From Bacillota bacterium (GTDB lineage: Bacteria > Bacillota > Sulfobacillia > Sulfobacillales > JAIMBI01), in NCBI GenBank assembly GCA_021797815.1, contig JAJZYZ010000001.1, positions 35,973 through 99,972 of the forward strand: a stretch of 64,000 nucleotides of DNA, read 5' to 3'. Positions 18,373 through 28,025 of the stretch are shown piece after piece. Both the position numbers and the translations under genes were made by a program. The notes under the pieces are model-generated. The model did not search any database. It was not told the DNA's origin and was given only the letters and a program-made list of their open reading frames with translations. Each line of letters begins with the position of its first letter. Within the stretch, counting starts at the first letter, position 1.

Positions 18373-19161
18373 CTACTGCGCCGTGTACCCGCCGTCGATG
18401 ACAACTGCCTGCCCGGTAACGCCCTTCGCCCGCTCCGACGCCAGAAAGGCCGCATAGTCGGCAACCTCAGAAGGGTCAAGGAGGCGATTTTGGGGCACGA
18501 GCGGCGCAATCACTTCGGCGATGACCCGGTCCTCGGGGATTCCGCGGAGAGACGACAACTCCGCCAGCTGATTTCGCACCAGCGGGGTGTCGACGTACCC
18601 GGGGCACAGGGCATTGACCGTGATGCCGTACGGCGCCGTCTCGAGCGCCACCACGCGGGTCAGGCCAATAAGCCCGTGCTTGGCCGCATTATAGGCGGCC
18701 TTGCCGGGGAATCCCACGAGACCGTTAATGGACGCGATGTTGATGATGCGTCCGCTCCGCCGGGCCTTCATAGCGGGGACCACCAGCCTGGTGGAGAGGA
18801 AGGCGCCCATCAGCATGACGTCCAGCAGTTCCCGGAAGGTCTCGACCGGGAAATCCTCCACCTGGGCCACGTGTTGACGCCCGGCGTTGTTGACCAAAAT
18901 GTCGGGCGGCCCCAAGGCGGCCTCGGCGCGCGCCATGACACGCTCCCAGTCGGCCTGCAGCGACGCGTCCGCCGCCACCGCGATGGCGTCGGCGCCCTCC
19001 CGGCGAAGCTCCCCCGCCAGCGCCGCCGCCGGCTCCTCGCGCAGATCGGCCGCCACGATGCGCGCGCCCTCTCGCGCGAACGTTCTCGCGATAGCGGCAC
19101 CGATCCCGCTCGCGGCCCCCGAAATGACGGCCACCTTGCCGTAGAGCGTCTCGTTTCCCAT
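18373..19161 (-). CDS. bdhA: 3-hydroxybutyrate dehydrogenase (SDR)
   Basis: SGAASGIG, NNAGRQHVAQVEDFP, KAAYNAAKHG, CPGYVDTPLVRNQL, IDGGYTAQ, typical of 3HB dehydrogenases. Confidence 0.85.
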   Translation of the reverse strand: MGNETLYGKVAVISGAASGIGAAIARTFAREGARIVAADLREEPAAALAGELRREGADAIAVAADASLQADWERVMARAEAALGPPDILVNNAGRQHVAQVEDFPVETFRELLDVMLMGAFLSTRLVVPAMKARRSGRIINIASINGLVGFPGKAAYNAAKHGLIGLTRVVALETAPYGITVNALCPGYVDTPLVRNQLAELSSLRGIPEDRVIAEVIAPLVPQNRLLDPSEVADYAAFLASERAKGVTGQAVVIDGGYTAQ

Positions 19162-19202
19162 CAATAGATCGTCTCCTCTTCGCACACCGGGCGCGATGGT
19201 GG

Positions 19203-20408
19203 TCAGGGCCCTCCGGCCGGTGTCAGGAGGGCGTCCGGATCGTAGAGGTCAGACACCTGCTCCAGCGCGCGAGACGGGGGTGGCGCCTCACCCTGCTCGA
19301 CCCACGCTTCGAGACGGTAGAGGGCGGCCTCAAAGAAAGGGAGCACCGGGCGCTGTCCCGTATCCTCGGCGCGTAACAGGCCGTCCACATGGTTTCCGCG
19401 GGGAATGCGATAAAGACGGTGCCGGTCAGCCTTGCGGCTTCTCCGGACCATAAGTTCGTACGCCTCCGCGTGATCGCGAAACGGCAGGAGGCAGTCGTAG
19501 TCGCCCGCGATGGAGATGAGGGGCCGGCCGATATCGCCGGTATTGGCCAGAGGCGCCATCCGTGCCCTCAGCTGCTCCTGGCGCTCCGACGGCCTGTAGT
19601 CCCCGAGGAGAGGTGCCGGGTCGTCGAGCCATCCCGGTGTAAAATCGGCGCTGAACGGCTCCCAGTCCGGGTCGAGGTTTCGCCCGTAGAGCCACAGCGA
19701 CACGACCCAATACCGGCTGAAATACCTGTCCCAGCTCGACTCCGAGCCTGTGGCCAGACCGGCTTCGACCAGGCGGTCGTGGGCGCGTCGGCGGGCGGTG
19801 GAGTCCTTCGCGGCGCGGTAGTGCGGGTAGGCCTCCACGAGAACCGGCAGCGTCGTCATCAGGTGGCGGCCGGCCGGATCCATCAGGAGTCCTTCCCACT
19901 CAACCCCGCCGTCAAAGAGATCTGGTTCTTGCTCGAGAAGCGCTCGAACCACATACCCGCCGTTACTGACGCCGGCTATGTACGTACGGACCGGAGCCCG
20001 TCCGCGGGTGCGGCGAAGAAGCTCGCCCGTCCGGCGCACGAGCGCTCTGTACGCCGGGACCCACTCGGCCATGCTGCGCCGGGGGTCACGGAGAGTCAGG
20101 CCCGGCGTCCCCTTATCGCAGGCGGCATACGCATATCCGCGCTGCAAGACAATATCCGACAGGATCTGATCGAGAGCCCGTTCGTTGCGGACCGCCGGAA
20201 TCCCTCCGACCATGAGCTTGCCGTTGAAGTGGTCAGGAACCGGTATGCGGATGACGGCGGATGCGCCTTCGATGCGGCCGGTCCACTCCAGGCCAGGTAC
20301 GGGTGCCCGGATGACGGGCGGCTGGTAGACGAGTCCGCGGTTCTCGTCATCGACGCCTGAACCGTTGGTGGTGAGGTCCGCCCGGAAGACCGGCTCTCGC
20401 GCACGCAT
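19203..20408 (-). CDS. Tannase-like alpha/beta hydrolase, possibly 3-hydroxybutyrate-oligomer hydrolase
   Basis: Nucleophile GVSNGG, FDGGVEWEG, NTGDIGRPL...GDYDCLL, C-terminal GNHVD; directly upstream of bdhA. Confidence 0.7.
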   Translation of the reverse strand: MRAREPVFRADLTTNGSGVDDENRGLVYQPPVIRAPVPGLEWTGRIEGASAVIRIPVPDHFNGKLMVGGIPAVRNERALDQILSDIVLQRGYAYAACDKGTPGLTLRDPRRSMAEWVPAYRALVRRTGELLRRTRGRAPVRTYIAGVSNGGYVVRALLEQEPDLFDGGVEWEGLLMDPAGRHLMTTLPVLVEAYPHYRAAKDSTARRRAHDRLVEAGLATGSESSWDRYFSRYWVVSLWLYGRNLDPDWEPFSADFTPGWLDDPAPLLGDYRPSERQEQLRARMAPLANTGDIGRPLISIAGDYDCLLPFRDHAEAYELMVRRSRKADRHRLYRIPRGNHVDGLLRAEDTGQRPVLPFFEAALYRLEAWVEQGEAPPPSRALEQVSDLYDPDALLTPAGGP

Positions 20409-20427
20409 GGGATTGCCCGCGCCCGTA

Positions 20428-21498
20428 TCAGCCGCCGCCTCGAAGGAAGCGGATGATGACGGGGGTGACGACGTCAGGGCGCTCGAGGTGGGGGGAGTGC
20501 CCGGCCTCGGGGACCACCAACTCCTCATAATGACCGCCGTTGTTCTGATAGTGCTCCAATACATACCGCATCTGGGAGACCATCGGCTGGGGCGGGAACC
20601 GCGCATCGCCCGGCCACCCGGGAACGGCCTGCAGCTTGCCCAGGGTGCCGAAGTCTAAGAGCGACTGGTCGGAGACGATGGCGTCGGAATCTCCCCGGAT
20701 CCACAACACCGGCGCCTTCGGCTCGATGTCCACCAAGGGCATCAGGTTGACGGCGCCAGCCGCCATCGCGTTGGCGGTCCCGTCATCACCCGGCGCCACG
20801 CCCGGCCAGTTGTCCGAGGGGCGGAGCGAGCCCGGATAGAAGCCCGGGCCGGTGCGCGTCGACAGTAGTCCGTCCACAAGCCTCTCCTCAAGTGCCGGCT
20901 CTACCCGGAAAGGCGGCCTGAAATAAAACTGGTTCATCACCGCGCGCGGACTGTTGGCGTCTACAGCCTCGCGCTCCCCGCGCTCGATGCGTGTGACAAA
21001 TTCGGGGTTGACGGTGCCTCCTCCCGAGCCCGCGAAGTCGGAGTACGCTGGCTGACCGTCGGCGCTGACGGTGCCGCCAAATCCGAACGGGGAAAGCGGA
21101 CTCTCCAGAATGAGACGCCGGACGCGCTCGGGGTGGTCAATGGCGAACTGCATCGCGACGCCGCCGCCGAGTGACCAGCCGAGAAGATGCACGGGCTCCG
21201 CCAATCCCAGCGCATCAAGCCAGGCCGCCAGGTCGTCCGACCAGTCGCGGAGGCCACGCCGGGCGTCTATGGGCAGGGCCTCGGTCGCACCGAAGCCGCG
21301 AAGGTCCGGGGCGAGGGTCCGAAAGTGCGGCTGCAGTTCGGTCATGAGCGGCTCGAAGAACACGCTTGACGAGCAATTGCCGTGCAGAAGGATAAAGGGC
21401 GGCGAGGAAGGAGACCCGCTTTCCCGAAAGGCGACCCGGATGTTCGCCGTGTCCGTCTCCCGAACCGACGGCCGGTTCCGCCCGTGTTCTGGACTCAT
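20428..21498 (-). CDS. Alpha/beta hydrolase (PhaZ-like intracellular PHB depolymerase candidate)
   Basis: LLHGNCSSS, PDLRGFG, lipase box GWSLGG, GDSDAIV, AGHSPHLE; ATG 21498 after AAAGGAAG. Confidence 0.82.
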   Translation of the reverse strand: MSPEHGRNRPSVRETDTANIRVAFRESGSPSSPPFILLHGNCSSSVFFEPLMTELQPHFRTLAPDLRGFGATEALPIDARRGLRDWSDDLAAWLDALGLAEPVHLLGWSLGGGVAMQFAIDHPERVRRLILESPLSPFGFGGTVSADGQPAYSDFAGSGGGTVNPEFVTRIERGEREAVDANSPRAVMNQFYFRPPFRVEPALEERLVDGLLSTRTGPGFYPGSLRPSDNWPGVAPGDDGTANAMAAGAVNLMPLVDIEPKAPVLWIRGDSDAIVSDQSLLDFGTLGKLQAVPGWPGDARFPPQPMVSQMRYVLEHYQNNGGHYEELVVPEAGHSPHLERPDVVTPVIIRFLRGGG

Positions 21499-21624
21499 GT
21501 CGCTCTTCCTTTCGCACTGTCGCTCTTTCGCTGCCCCGTCGCTTGCCCTTCGTCTAGCGCTGCCTCCCGAGCGGCACGGGCCGGGCCCACACGGTCGACC
21601 GTCCGGCCTCACGCCTCTCTTGCT

Positions 21625-22812
21625 CTAGACGTGCGCCTCCCGATCCGCCCGCGCCCGCCACAGCGAGCGGGACGGGATCTTCTCCCGGTCACATCGGTAG
21701 GCGTACTTCTTCGCGACATCGGCCACTTCTTCAAGCAGCCCGTCTTGGAGGGTGATGGGCTCGAGACCCAGATCCAGAAACTGCCGGTTCTCTACGGCGA
21801 GCTCGTTCTCCTCGGCTTCGTTGCGCGGATTCTCGATGTAGTCGATGCTCGCTCCCGTGAGGTTCGACACGAGCGTCGCCAGGTCGCGCAGGCGGTGGGT
21901 CTCCGTCATCTGGTTGAAGATACGGACCCGGTCGCCGAGTGCCGGCGCGTTGGTGATGGCCAACTCGATGCACCGGACCGTGTTCCGAATGTGAATGAAA
22001 GCCCGCGTCTGGCCGCCGGTGCCGTGGACGGTAAGCGGGTAGCCGATGGCTGCCTGCATCAGGAACCGGTTCAGCACCGTGCCGTAGTCGCCGTCATAGT
22101 CAAACCGATTGATGAGTCGCTCGTCGCGGCTCGTCTGCTCCGTCTGCGTGCCCCAGACAATGCCCTGGTGCAGATCCGTGACCCGCACCTTGTCGTTGCT
22201 GTTGTAATAGGCGAACAGAAGCTGGTCCTGCGTCTTCGTGAGGTGGTAGATGCTGCCCGGCCGCGGCGGGTAGAGAATTTCCTGCTCGATGCGGTGTTCG
22301 TCGTCCACCCGTACTTCGACTTTGAGATATCCCTCGGGAATGCGGAGTCCCGCCGTGCCGTACCCGTACACGCCCATGGAACCAAGATGCACCACGTGAA
22401 TGTCCTGGCCGGACTCAACCACCGCGGCCAGAAGATTGTTGGTCGCGTTGATATTGTTGTTGACCGTGTAGCGCTTGTGCCAGGAGCTCTTCATCGAGTA
22501 CGGGGCCGCCCGCTGCTCGGCGAAGTGGACAATGGCGTCGGGCCGTTCTTCCTTGATGAGGGAGAGGAGACGGTGGTAGTTCTCCGCCACGTCGAAGCGG
22601 TGCCAGGAAATGTCCCGCCCGCTCACCTCTTTCCACGCACGCAGCCGGGTCGTCATGGGCGCGATCGGCGTGAGCGAGGCGACCTCCAGCTCGTTGTCGA
22701 TGTTGCGTCGTGAGAGGTTGTCCACGATCACGACCTCATGGCCGCGATCGGAGAGATAAAGGGACGTCGGCCAGCCACAAAAGCCGTCGCCGCCCAGCAC
22801 GATGATGCGCAT
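21625..22812 (-). CDS. sqdB: UDP-sulfoquinovose synthase
   Basis: GGDGFCGWPTSL, HFAEQRAAPYSM, HLGSMGVYG, YHLTK, TDLHQGIVWG, RFDYDGDYGTVLNRF. Confidence 0.95.
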   Translation of the reverse strand: MRIIVLGGDGFCGWPTSLYLSDRGHEVVIVDNLSRRNIDNELEVASLTPIAPMTTRLRAWKEVSGRDISWHRFDVAENYHRLLSLIKEERPDAIVHFAEQRAAPYSMKSSWHKRYTVNNNINATNNLLAAVVESGQDIHVVHLGSMGVYGYGTAGLRIPEGYLKVEVRVDDEHRIEQEILYPPRPGSIYHLTKTQDQLLFAYYNSNDKVRVTDLHQGIVWGTQTEQTSRDERLINRFDYDGDYGTVLNRFLMQAAIGYPLTVHGTGGQTRAFIHIRNTVRCIELAITNAPALGDRVRIFNQMTETHRLRDLATLVSNLTGASIDYIENPRNEAEENELAVENRQFLDLGLEPITLQDGLLEEVADVAKKYAYRCDREKIPSRSLWRARADREAHV

Positions 22813-23030
22813 TTAGCGTCCTCCCGACATAACTTTCGGGGACGCTGCACGGGCGGCGTCCGCGTTTGCCTAAGTAAAGATCTAACACTTATTCGCCGCC
22901 GGGGTGCGCCGGGCCTGCTGACAGGTCTGGCACGAAAGAGGGGAGCGGCCTACTTCGGCCTTCTTAAATGAAGCGCGGAGCGGTGCGCAGGAACCCGGCC
23001 CGACGCCCGGACAGCGCTGGCCCGATCCCG

Positions 23031-23999
23031 CTATGAACGCGGCTCCATGGCGATGGCGAGGCGCACGGCCGCGAGCGGCTGGTAGCCGATGACGGAGACG
23101 GAGTACACGGTGCGATCCCAGACCCATTCGAGGGTCGTGAGCGCACTGCTGACGTCTCCGCAGGAGGCACCGAAAGCGAGCGACCCGGCCGTCTCCGGAA
23201 GAAGATGGGTGTGCAGGTAGGCGACGATGGTGGCAGCGGTCGTCTGCGCCTGCTGCTGGGGGCTCGTGGCCGCCGGGCACGTGCCGTAGTTGACGGCGAA
23301 ATGCCACTGCCCTTCCGTCCACGCGATGACGCCCGGGCTGTTGCTGGCGCCCGTGATCCCGGAGCCGAGGTCGACAGGTGTGCCCGCAGGCGCCGGCAAC
23401 GCCACTGTCTGACGGGCCTGTGCGCTGCTCGCGTACAGGATGCCGCCGAAGTCGTACCCGGTGACCAGCACGGCTATCGACTGATTGCAGACGGCCTGGC
23501 CGACTTGGTGCTCGGATTCGCCCGCCGTATGCACGGCCGGGCACTGTCCGACATGGACCCAGTATGAGGCGGCATTGGCCTGATACCAGGCCGCAGTCCA
23601 GCACGGGGAGCCGGCACTGACACCGCCGACACAGCCGGAAGGATTGACGGGACCTTCGAGAGGAACCGATGAGAGGGCCGCGACGCCACTGAGCGCCATG
23701 GTCACGACCGGCGCCCAGGTCGATGCGCTGGTGGACTGGGGGGAGCTGGACGGGCTGGAAGCGGACGCCGATGCCGAGTGCGGGGAGGAGGAGGAAGCGG
23801 AAGAGGAAGAAGAGGAAGACGAGGAAGACGAAGGAGCCGCGACCGAGACTTTTGCGTTCGATGTTTTCGAAGCCGTTCCAGCGGATCCGATAAGCCCGCA
23901 GGCGCTTGTGACGAGAAGCACTCCTGCCATGCCGAGCCCAAGCGTCACAGCGGACCAACGCCCATGCACCACCGCGGCCGAGCACCTCCTGTTGAGCAC
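23031..23999 (-). CDS. Hypothetical lipoprotein with poly-Ser linker
   Basis: Hydrophobic stretch ending TSAC; long Ser-rich linker (PSSSSSSSSSSSASSSS); Cys-containing C-terminal domain. Confidence 0.7.
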   Translation of the reverse strand: MLNRRCSAAVVHGRWSAVTLGLGMAGVLLVTSACGLIGSAGTASKTSNAKVSVAAPSSSSSSSSSSSASSSSPHSASASASSPSSSPQSTSASTWAPVVTMALSGVAALSSVPLEGPVNPSGCVGGVSAGSPCWTAAWYQANAASYWVHVGQCPAVHTAGESEHQVGQAVCNQSIAVLVTGYDFGGILYASSAQARQTVALPAPAGTPVDLGSGITGASNSPGVIAWTEGQWHFAVNYGTCPAATSPQQQAQTTAATIVAYLHTHLLPETAGSLAFGASCGDVSSALTTLEWVWDRTVYSVSVIGYQPLAAVRLAIAMEPRS

Positions 24000-24161
24000 G
24001 CGAAGCCCCTCTTATGCTGACAACGCTTCAGACATCGACACGGTTTCCCGCACGTGATGACTCACCGCATGGGCATGGATGCCGCGGGGAGAGTGATGGC
24101 GCGGCGCATGTGAAACCGGATGATGTCAGCGAGCGTTTGCCTAGACGCGGAGGCGAGAGCA

Positions 24162-26174
24162 GTGCGGGCGCGTGTGTGGCTTCTTTCCGGCCTCGTGGCA
24201 CTGGTTACGGCGTGCGGACTCCCATCGGCCTCACCCACGAACCCCGGGGCCCCGCCATCGACGGCGCACGTGTCGGCCCGCTTCCTGACCAATCCGCTTG
24301 CGGCCGCGGGCGGCGCGCCGATAGCCGTGGCACCCGTTTCCGGGACCGCCGGGTTCATATTGTCCCGGGCCAATTCCAACAATCCGGCGGGCGGCATCCT
24401 GCTCACGACATCAGATGGCGGGAAGCACTTTACGAAGACGCCGCTGCCCGCGAACCTGGTGTACGAGGGTCTTTACGCCGCGTCCGCTGACACGGTGGCA
24501 ATCTGGGCCGAGACCCCGGGCTGCATCGGCGAAGGACAGGGATGCACGGCCGAGGTATTGGTAAGCCGAGACGGCGGGCGCAAATTTTCAGCGGAGCTCC
24601 AGGTGAAAAATCTCATGTGGCTTGCCTCTGCGTCCTACAGTCCGTCGGGACTCTGGCTTGCCGCCACGACCCCCAATTGCTCCGGGTCCTGCCAGCCGAC
24701 CACGGCCGTGTACACATCGTCGAATGGCGGGCAAACCTGGAGCAGGGCCGCCGCCAGCACGGCCCTGCCCGTTTTCGCCGCCATCGGCACGACGAACGGA
24801 ACGACGGGTTACGGGCTTGCCGGTCCGGGCAGCGTGTACCGGACCACCGACGGCGGGCGCTCCTGGGTGCTTTGGACCCATCTTTCGCTGCCCCAGGGTC
24901 TGTCTCTGGCCCCGGCGGGAGGGCAGGTGGTGCTCCCCGCTCCCGGCGTCATCGACATCAGCACCTGCAACGGGGCTGCAGCGGGCGGCGGTGGCTGCCC
25001 GGTTTCGGTTTTTGTGTCCACGGACGGCGGCCGCAATTTTCAGGACGTGCTCAACTGGAACGGGAGCCAGGAGGGATACCTCCACATGGCGACGGCCCGG
25101 ACGGGCGTCGCCATCATGACGGGCCAAACAGGGGGAAACTCCCTGCCCGGTCACCCGACCACCAACATCGCCATCGCGACCACGAACGGCTTTTCCACGA
25201 CCACCGTGAAGGCGTTGCCGCTCAACGTTGCGGCCGTGGCATTCCGCTCCGCCCTGGATGGCTGGGCCGTTGGGTCCCCGAGCGACTGCCTCGGCAATGC
25301 ACCGGGGATGTGCCCGGTGGCGGTGGCTACGACAACCGATGGAGGAACGTCCTGGTCTGTACCGAGCAGGCCCCCGCTTCCCGTCACAACGGTCGGCCAC
25401 CCGGCGAAGCACATGTGGTGGGGGCTCAACGCAGCCGGAAACGGCGGCACCCTCTTCACGAGCCCCAACGGCCGCACCTGGACGTCCGTCGGGAAGACCC
25501 CTGGCACCACGTTTGGCGACTGCGGAACGTTAAACACCTCGTGGGTGTCGCGACGTGTCGGTTTTCTGGTGGCCGGCGCCTTGCTCTTTCAGACCACGGA
25601 CGGTGGCCGCCACTGGACCAAGATGCCGGCACCGCCGCGCGACGTCACCGGCATCTGGTTCGGGCCGTCGGGTCGCGGCTATGCCGTGGCCGGAAGCTGC
25701 ACCCTGCTTGGCGGCAGCGTCTACGCCACCACCGACGGTGGACGGCGGTGGGCACGGGTGGGGCCGCTTCCATCCCGCACCTATACGGCCGCGTTTACCG
25801 GCCCCGGGCTCGGATACGCGCTCCAGAGCCGAAAGACGGCGGAGCACCCGAAGGCCGGTGTTCGCCTGATGCGTACCACCGACGGCGGGCGTACCTGGCA
25901 GGCGATGGCCGTGAGCGTACCGGCCTCGAGCCCCGAGATTGTGGGCCTGCCCGGCGGGAGCGCGGCCATCATGTCTTTTGGCACCTTACTGGTCGTGCGC
26001 CCTGATGGGTCGACCACCGTCGTGAAAATCCAGGGAACCGATATGAGTGCCCTCATGGTCGCCGGCATCGTCCCGGTCAGCGTGTCGCCGAGCCTCGAGT
26101 TTTTCCTGCCGGGAGTGGGCCTCTTCGGGAGTCCCTGGGGTTCGCACATGCGCATTCAGGGGCCACTCCCGTGA
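24162..26174 (+). CDS. Large Asp-box (BNR) repeat lipoprotein
   Basis: GTG 24162 after GGAGG (alternative ATG 24120); lipobox VTAC; about ten Asp-boxes (TSDGGKHF, SRDGGRKF, TTDGGRSW, TTDGGTSW, TTDGGRHW, TTDGGRRW, TTDGGRTW and others). Confidence 0.85.
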   Translation: MRARVWLLSGLVALVTACGLPSASPTNPGAPPSTAHVSARFLTNPLAAAGGAPIAVAPVSGTAGFILSRANSNNPAGGILLTTSDGGKHFTKTPLPANLVYEGLYAASADTVAIWAETPGCIGEGQGCTAEVLVSRDGGRKFSAELQVKNLMWLASASYSPSGLWLAATTPNCSGSCQPTTAVYTSSNGGQTWSRAAASTALPVFAAIGTTNGTTGYGLAGPGSVYRTTDGGRSWVLWTHLSLPQGLSLAPAGGQVVLPAPGVIDISTCNGAAAGGGGCPVSVFVSTDGGRNFQDVLNWNGSQEGYLHMATARTGVAIMTGQTGGNSLPGHPTTNIAIATTNGFSTTTVKALPLNVAAVAFRSALDGWAVGSPSDCLGNAPGMCPVAVATTTDGGTSWSVPSRPPLPVTTVGHPAKHMWWGLNAAGNGGTLFTSPNGRTWTSVGKTPGTTFGDCGTLNTSWVSRRVGFLVAGALLFQTTDGGRHWTKMPAPPRDVTGIWFGPSGRGYAVAGSCTLLGGSVYATTDGGRRWARVGPLPSRTYTAAFTGPGLGYALQSRKTAEHPKAGVRLMRTTDGGRTWQAMAVSVPASSPEIVGLPGGSAAIMSFGTLLVVRPDGSTTVVKIQGTDMSALMVAGIVPVSVSPSLEFFLPGVGLFGSPWGSHMRIQGPLP

Positions 26175-27052
26175 GTCCCGCAGTCGCTCTCGCTGTCCTC
26201 CGTCAAACATCGTGCCGCGGCCCTTTACTTGAGCTGGCACACGGATTCTCCACGACCGTTCTGGTCTCCGCCGACAACATGGTGATCCGCGTGCCGCGCG
26301 ATGCCGAGAGCGGACGGCGCCTCGAGCGTGAGGTGTTGACGCTCCAGCGTCTCCGTCCGCAGCTCCGCACCGCGATTCCGGGTCCGGCTACATGGTGGCC
26401 CGCCGAGGGGCCCAATCGGTTCGGGTTCCTGACCTATCCCCGGGTCGCGGGGCAGGTGCCTGATGGCGATGCCTTCTCGAGCACGGTCTCGGAATGGCTC
26501 CCGGACCTGGTCGCCGTATGGGAGGATCTGCGGGCCGTGCATGGGGGACTCGGCGGCCGTAGAGTCGGGGACGGTTCCGCGTGGGTCCAGGATGAGCTTC
26601 GGCGAGCGTCCCGCCTTGAACCCCGGCTGGCGGCTTTCCTCACGGCCGGCGAGCGGCATCGATGGCGTCGGTGGTTTGCGACCGAGTCCCGGATTTATGA
26701 CCGTGTCCCATCGGTGCATGTGAGCCTGGCTCACAAGGATCTGTGGTGGGGCAACCTGCTCTTCACCGAGGCGCACCGGCTTTCCGGCGTGTTGGACTGG
26801 GAGTGGGCGGGGCCGGATGATCCGGCTGTCGACCTTGCCGGCCTGCGGGAGGCCGGGCCCGACCTGGTGGACGCCGTCATCCCCGCCTTTGTCGAGCTGT
26901 ACCCCGAGCCTATTTCCCGGCTGCGGCGGAAAGTGGACGTGATGTGGGCGCTACGCGCGCTGCAGGGTCTCGAGTGGGCTTTCCGTCACGGGGATACGCC
27001 TGAGTGGGAAGAGGGGCTCGGGAAGCTTCGCGCCGGACCGATCTTGGCTTAG
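26171..27052 (+). CDS. Aminoglycoside phosphotransferase family protein
   Basis: VIRVPR, LAHKDLWWGN, GVLDWEWA, DPAVDLA; GTGA overlap with the upstream gene. Confidence 0.85.
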   Translation: MSPAVALAVLRQTSCRGPLLELAHGFSTTVLVSADNMVIRVPRDAESGRRLEREVLTLQRLRPQLRTAIPGPATWWPAEGPNRFGFLTYPRVAGQVPDGDAFSSTVSEWLPDLVAVWEDLRAVHGGLGGRRVGDGSAWVQDELRRASRLEPRLAAFLTAGERHRWRRWFATESRIYDRVPSVHVSLAHKDLWWGNLLFTEAHRLSGVLDWEWAGPDDPAVDLAGLREAGPDLVDAVIPAFVELYPEPISRLRRKVDVMWALRALQGLEWAFRHGDTPEWEEGLGKLRAGPILA

Positions 27053-27152
27053 CCGGACCCCGAACTCCTCGGCAGTGACGGCCTGACCGCTCCCGGACAT
27101 CGGATCCGTCAGGATCCGGCTCCGGTGGACGGATGCGGAGCGCCTCCCATGA

Positions 27153-27749
27153 TCATGAGACCGGGCGTACGAGGCGGTGCGCGCCCTCCCGGGGCCGAAA
27201 GATGCGCTCGAAGTCACGTTCGTTAGGCTCCCAAATCGACTGCCAGAGGGCATCCGTGTCTTGGCCAAGCTCCCGCGCCCGCGCGATGCCCTGGGCCGTG
27301 GCCCGAACAAGCGGCACGTCTAGCCAGATCCGGTAGTCAAGATAACCAAGCTGCCGCGGGTGAAAGAGCCCGACGCCCTCCACGACTAGATATCGGCCCA
27401 CCGGCCATTCCACCGGAGCGGTCGCCCATGACTCCCAATCATCGCAGGCGTCATAGCGGATCTCGGGACATCCCGACGAAAATGGCTCCAGCACCTGCTT
27501 TTGTAAACGGACCCGGTCAAACCCATGCCAGTCGCTCGAACGGTGGAGGAGGGCTGACGTGCCAAACGCGTCCAGCGGGACGACAGGACACTCGAGGCGC
27601 CGGGAGAGCGCTCCCGCGAGGGTCGTCTTGCCGGCCCCGCCGTATCCGGAAATCCCCACCAGGACACGCCCGCGATCGAGGCTTCGGATCGTATCGGCGA
27701 TGGTGTCGAGCCCGGGCTCGTACCTATAGTCCACATTCTCTAAGCGCAT
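27153..27749 (-). CDS. P-loop nucleoside kinase (uridine kinase-like)
   Basis: VGISGYGGAGKTT, LVVEGVGL, DYRIWLD. Confidence 0.8.
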   Translation of the reverse strand: MRLENVDYRYEPGLDTIADTIRSLDRGRVLVGISGYGGAGKTTLAGALSRRLECPVVPLDAFGTSALLHRSSDWHGFDRVRLQKQVLEPFSSGCPEIRYDACDDWESWATAPVEWPVGRYLVVEGVGLFHPRQLGYLDYRIWLDVPLVRATAQGIARARELGQDTDALWQSIWEPNERDFERIFRPREGAHRLVRPVS

Positions 27750-28025
27750 GCGTCCAGTGTAGCAAGGCCGTTCGGTGCTTTCGTGATGAGGGCGGCCACT
27801 CCACCACGGGAGAGAGGCAGGCACGGTCCACAGCAGTCCCAGCATCTCACCCGAGACCTGCGGCGAGAGGTGCGGGAACGGTCATACGATGAGGATTATC
27901 GTCTACCCGCCTTGAGCCTGGCCGGACGGCAGCGAAGCTTGCCCTGCGAGTGCAGCCGTCCCATCACCGCCGGCATGCGGGCGTCCACCAGCAATCCCTG
28001 TGGGGCACTGAACGGTCTTCGGTCC

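Noticed and set aside
17566-19167. 533-aa plus-strand ORF
   Set aside because: Antisense shadow of the TauE and bdhA genes, which carry clear motifs.
21382-22713. 443-aa plus-strand ORF
   Set aside because: Antisense shadow of sqdB.
24542-26005. 487-aa alternative-frame ORF inside the Asp-box lipoprotein
   Set aside because: Arg/His-rich out-of-frame read-through expected from GC3 bias.
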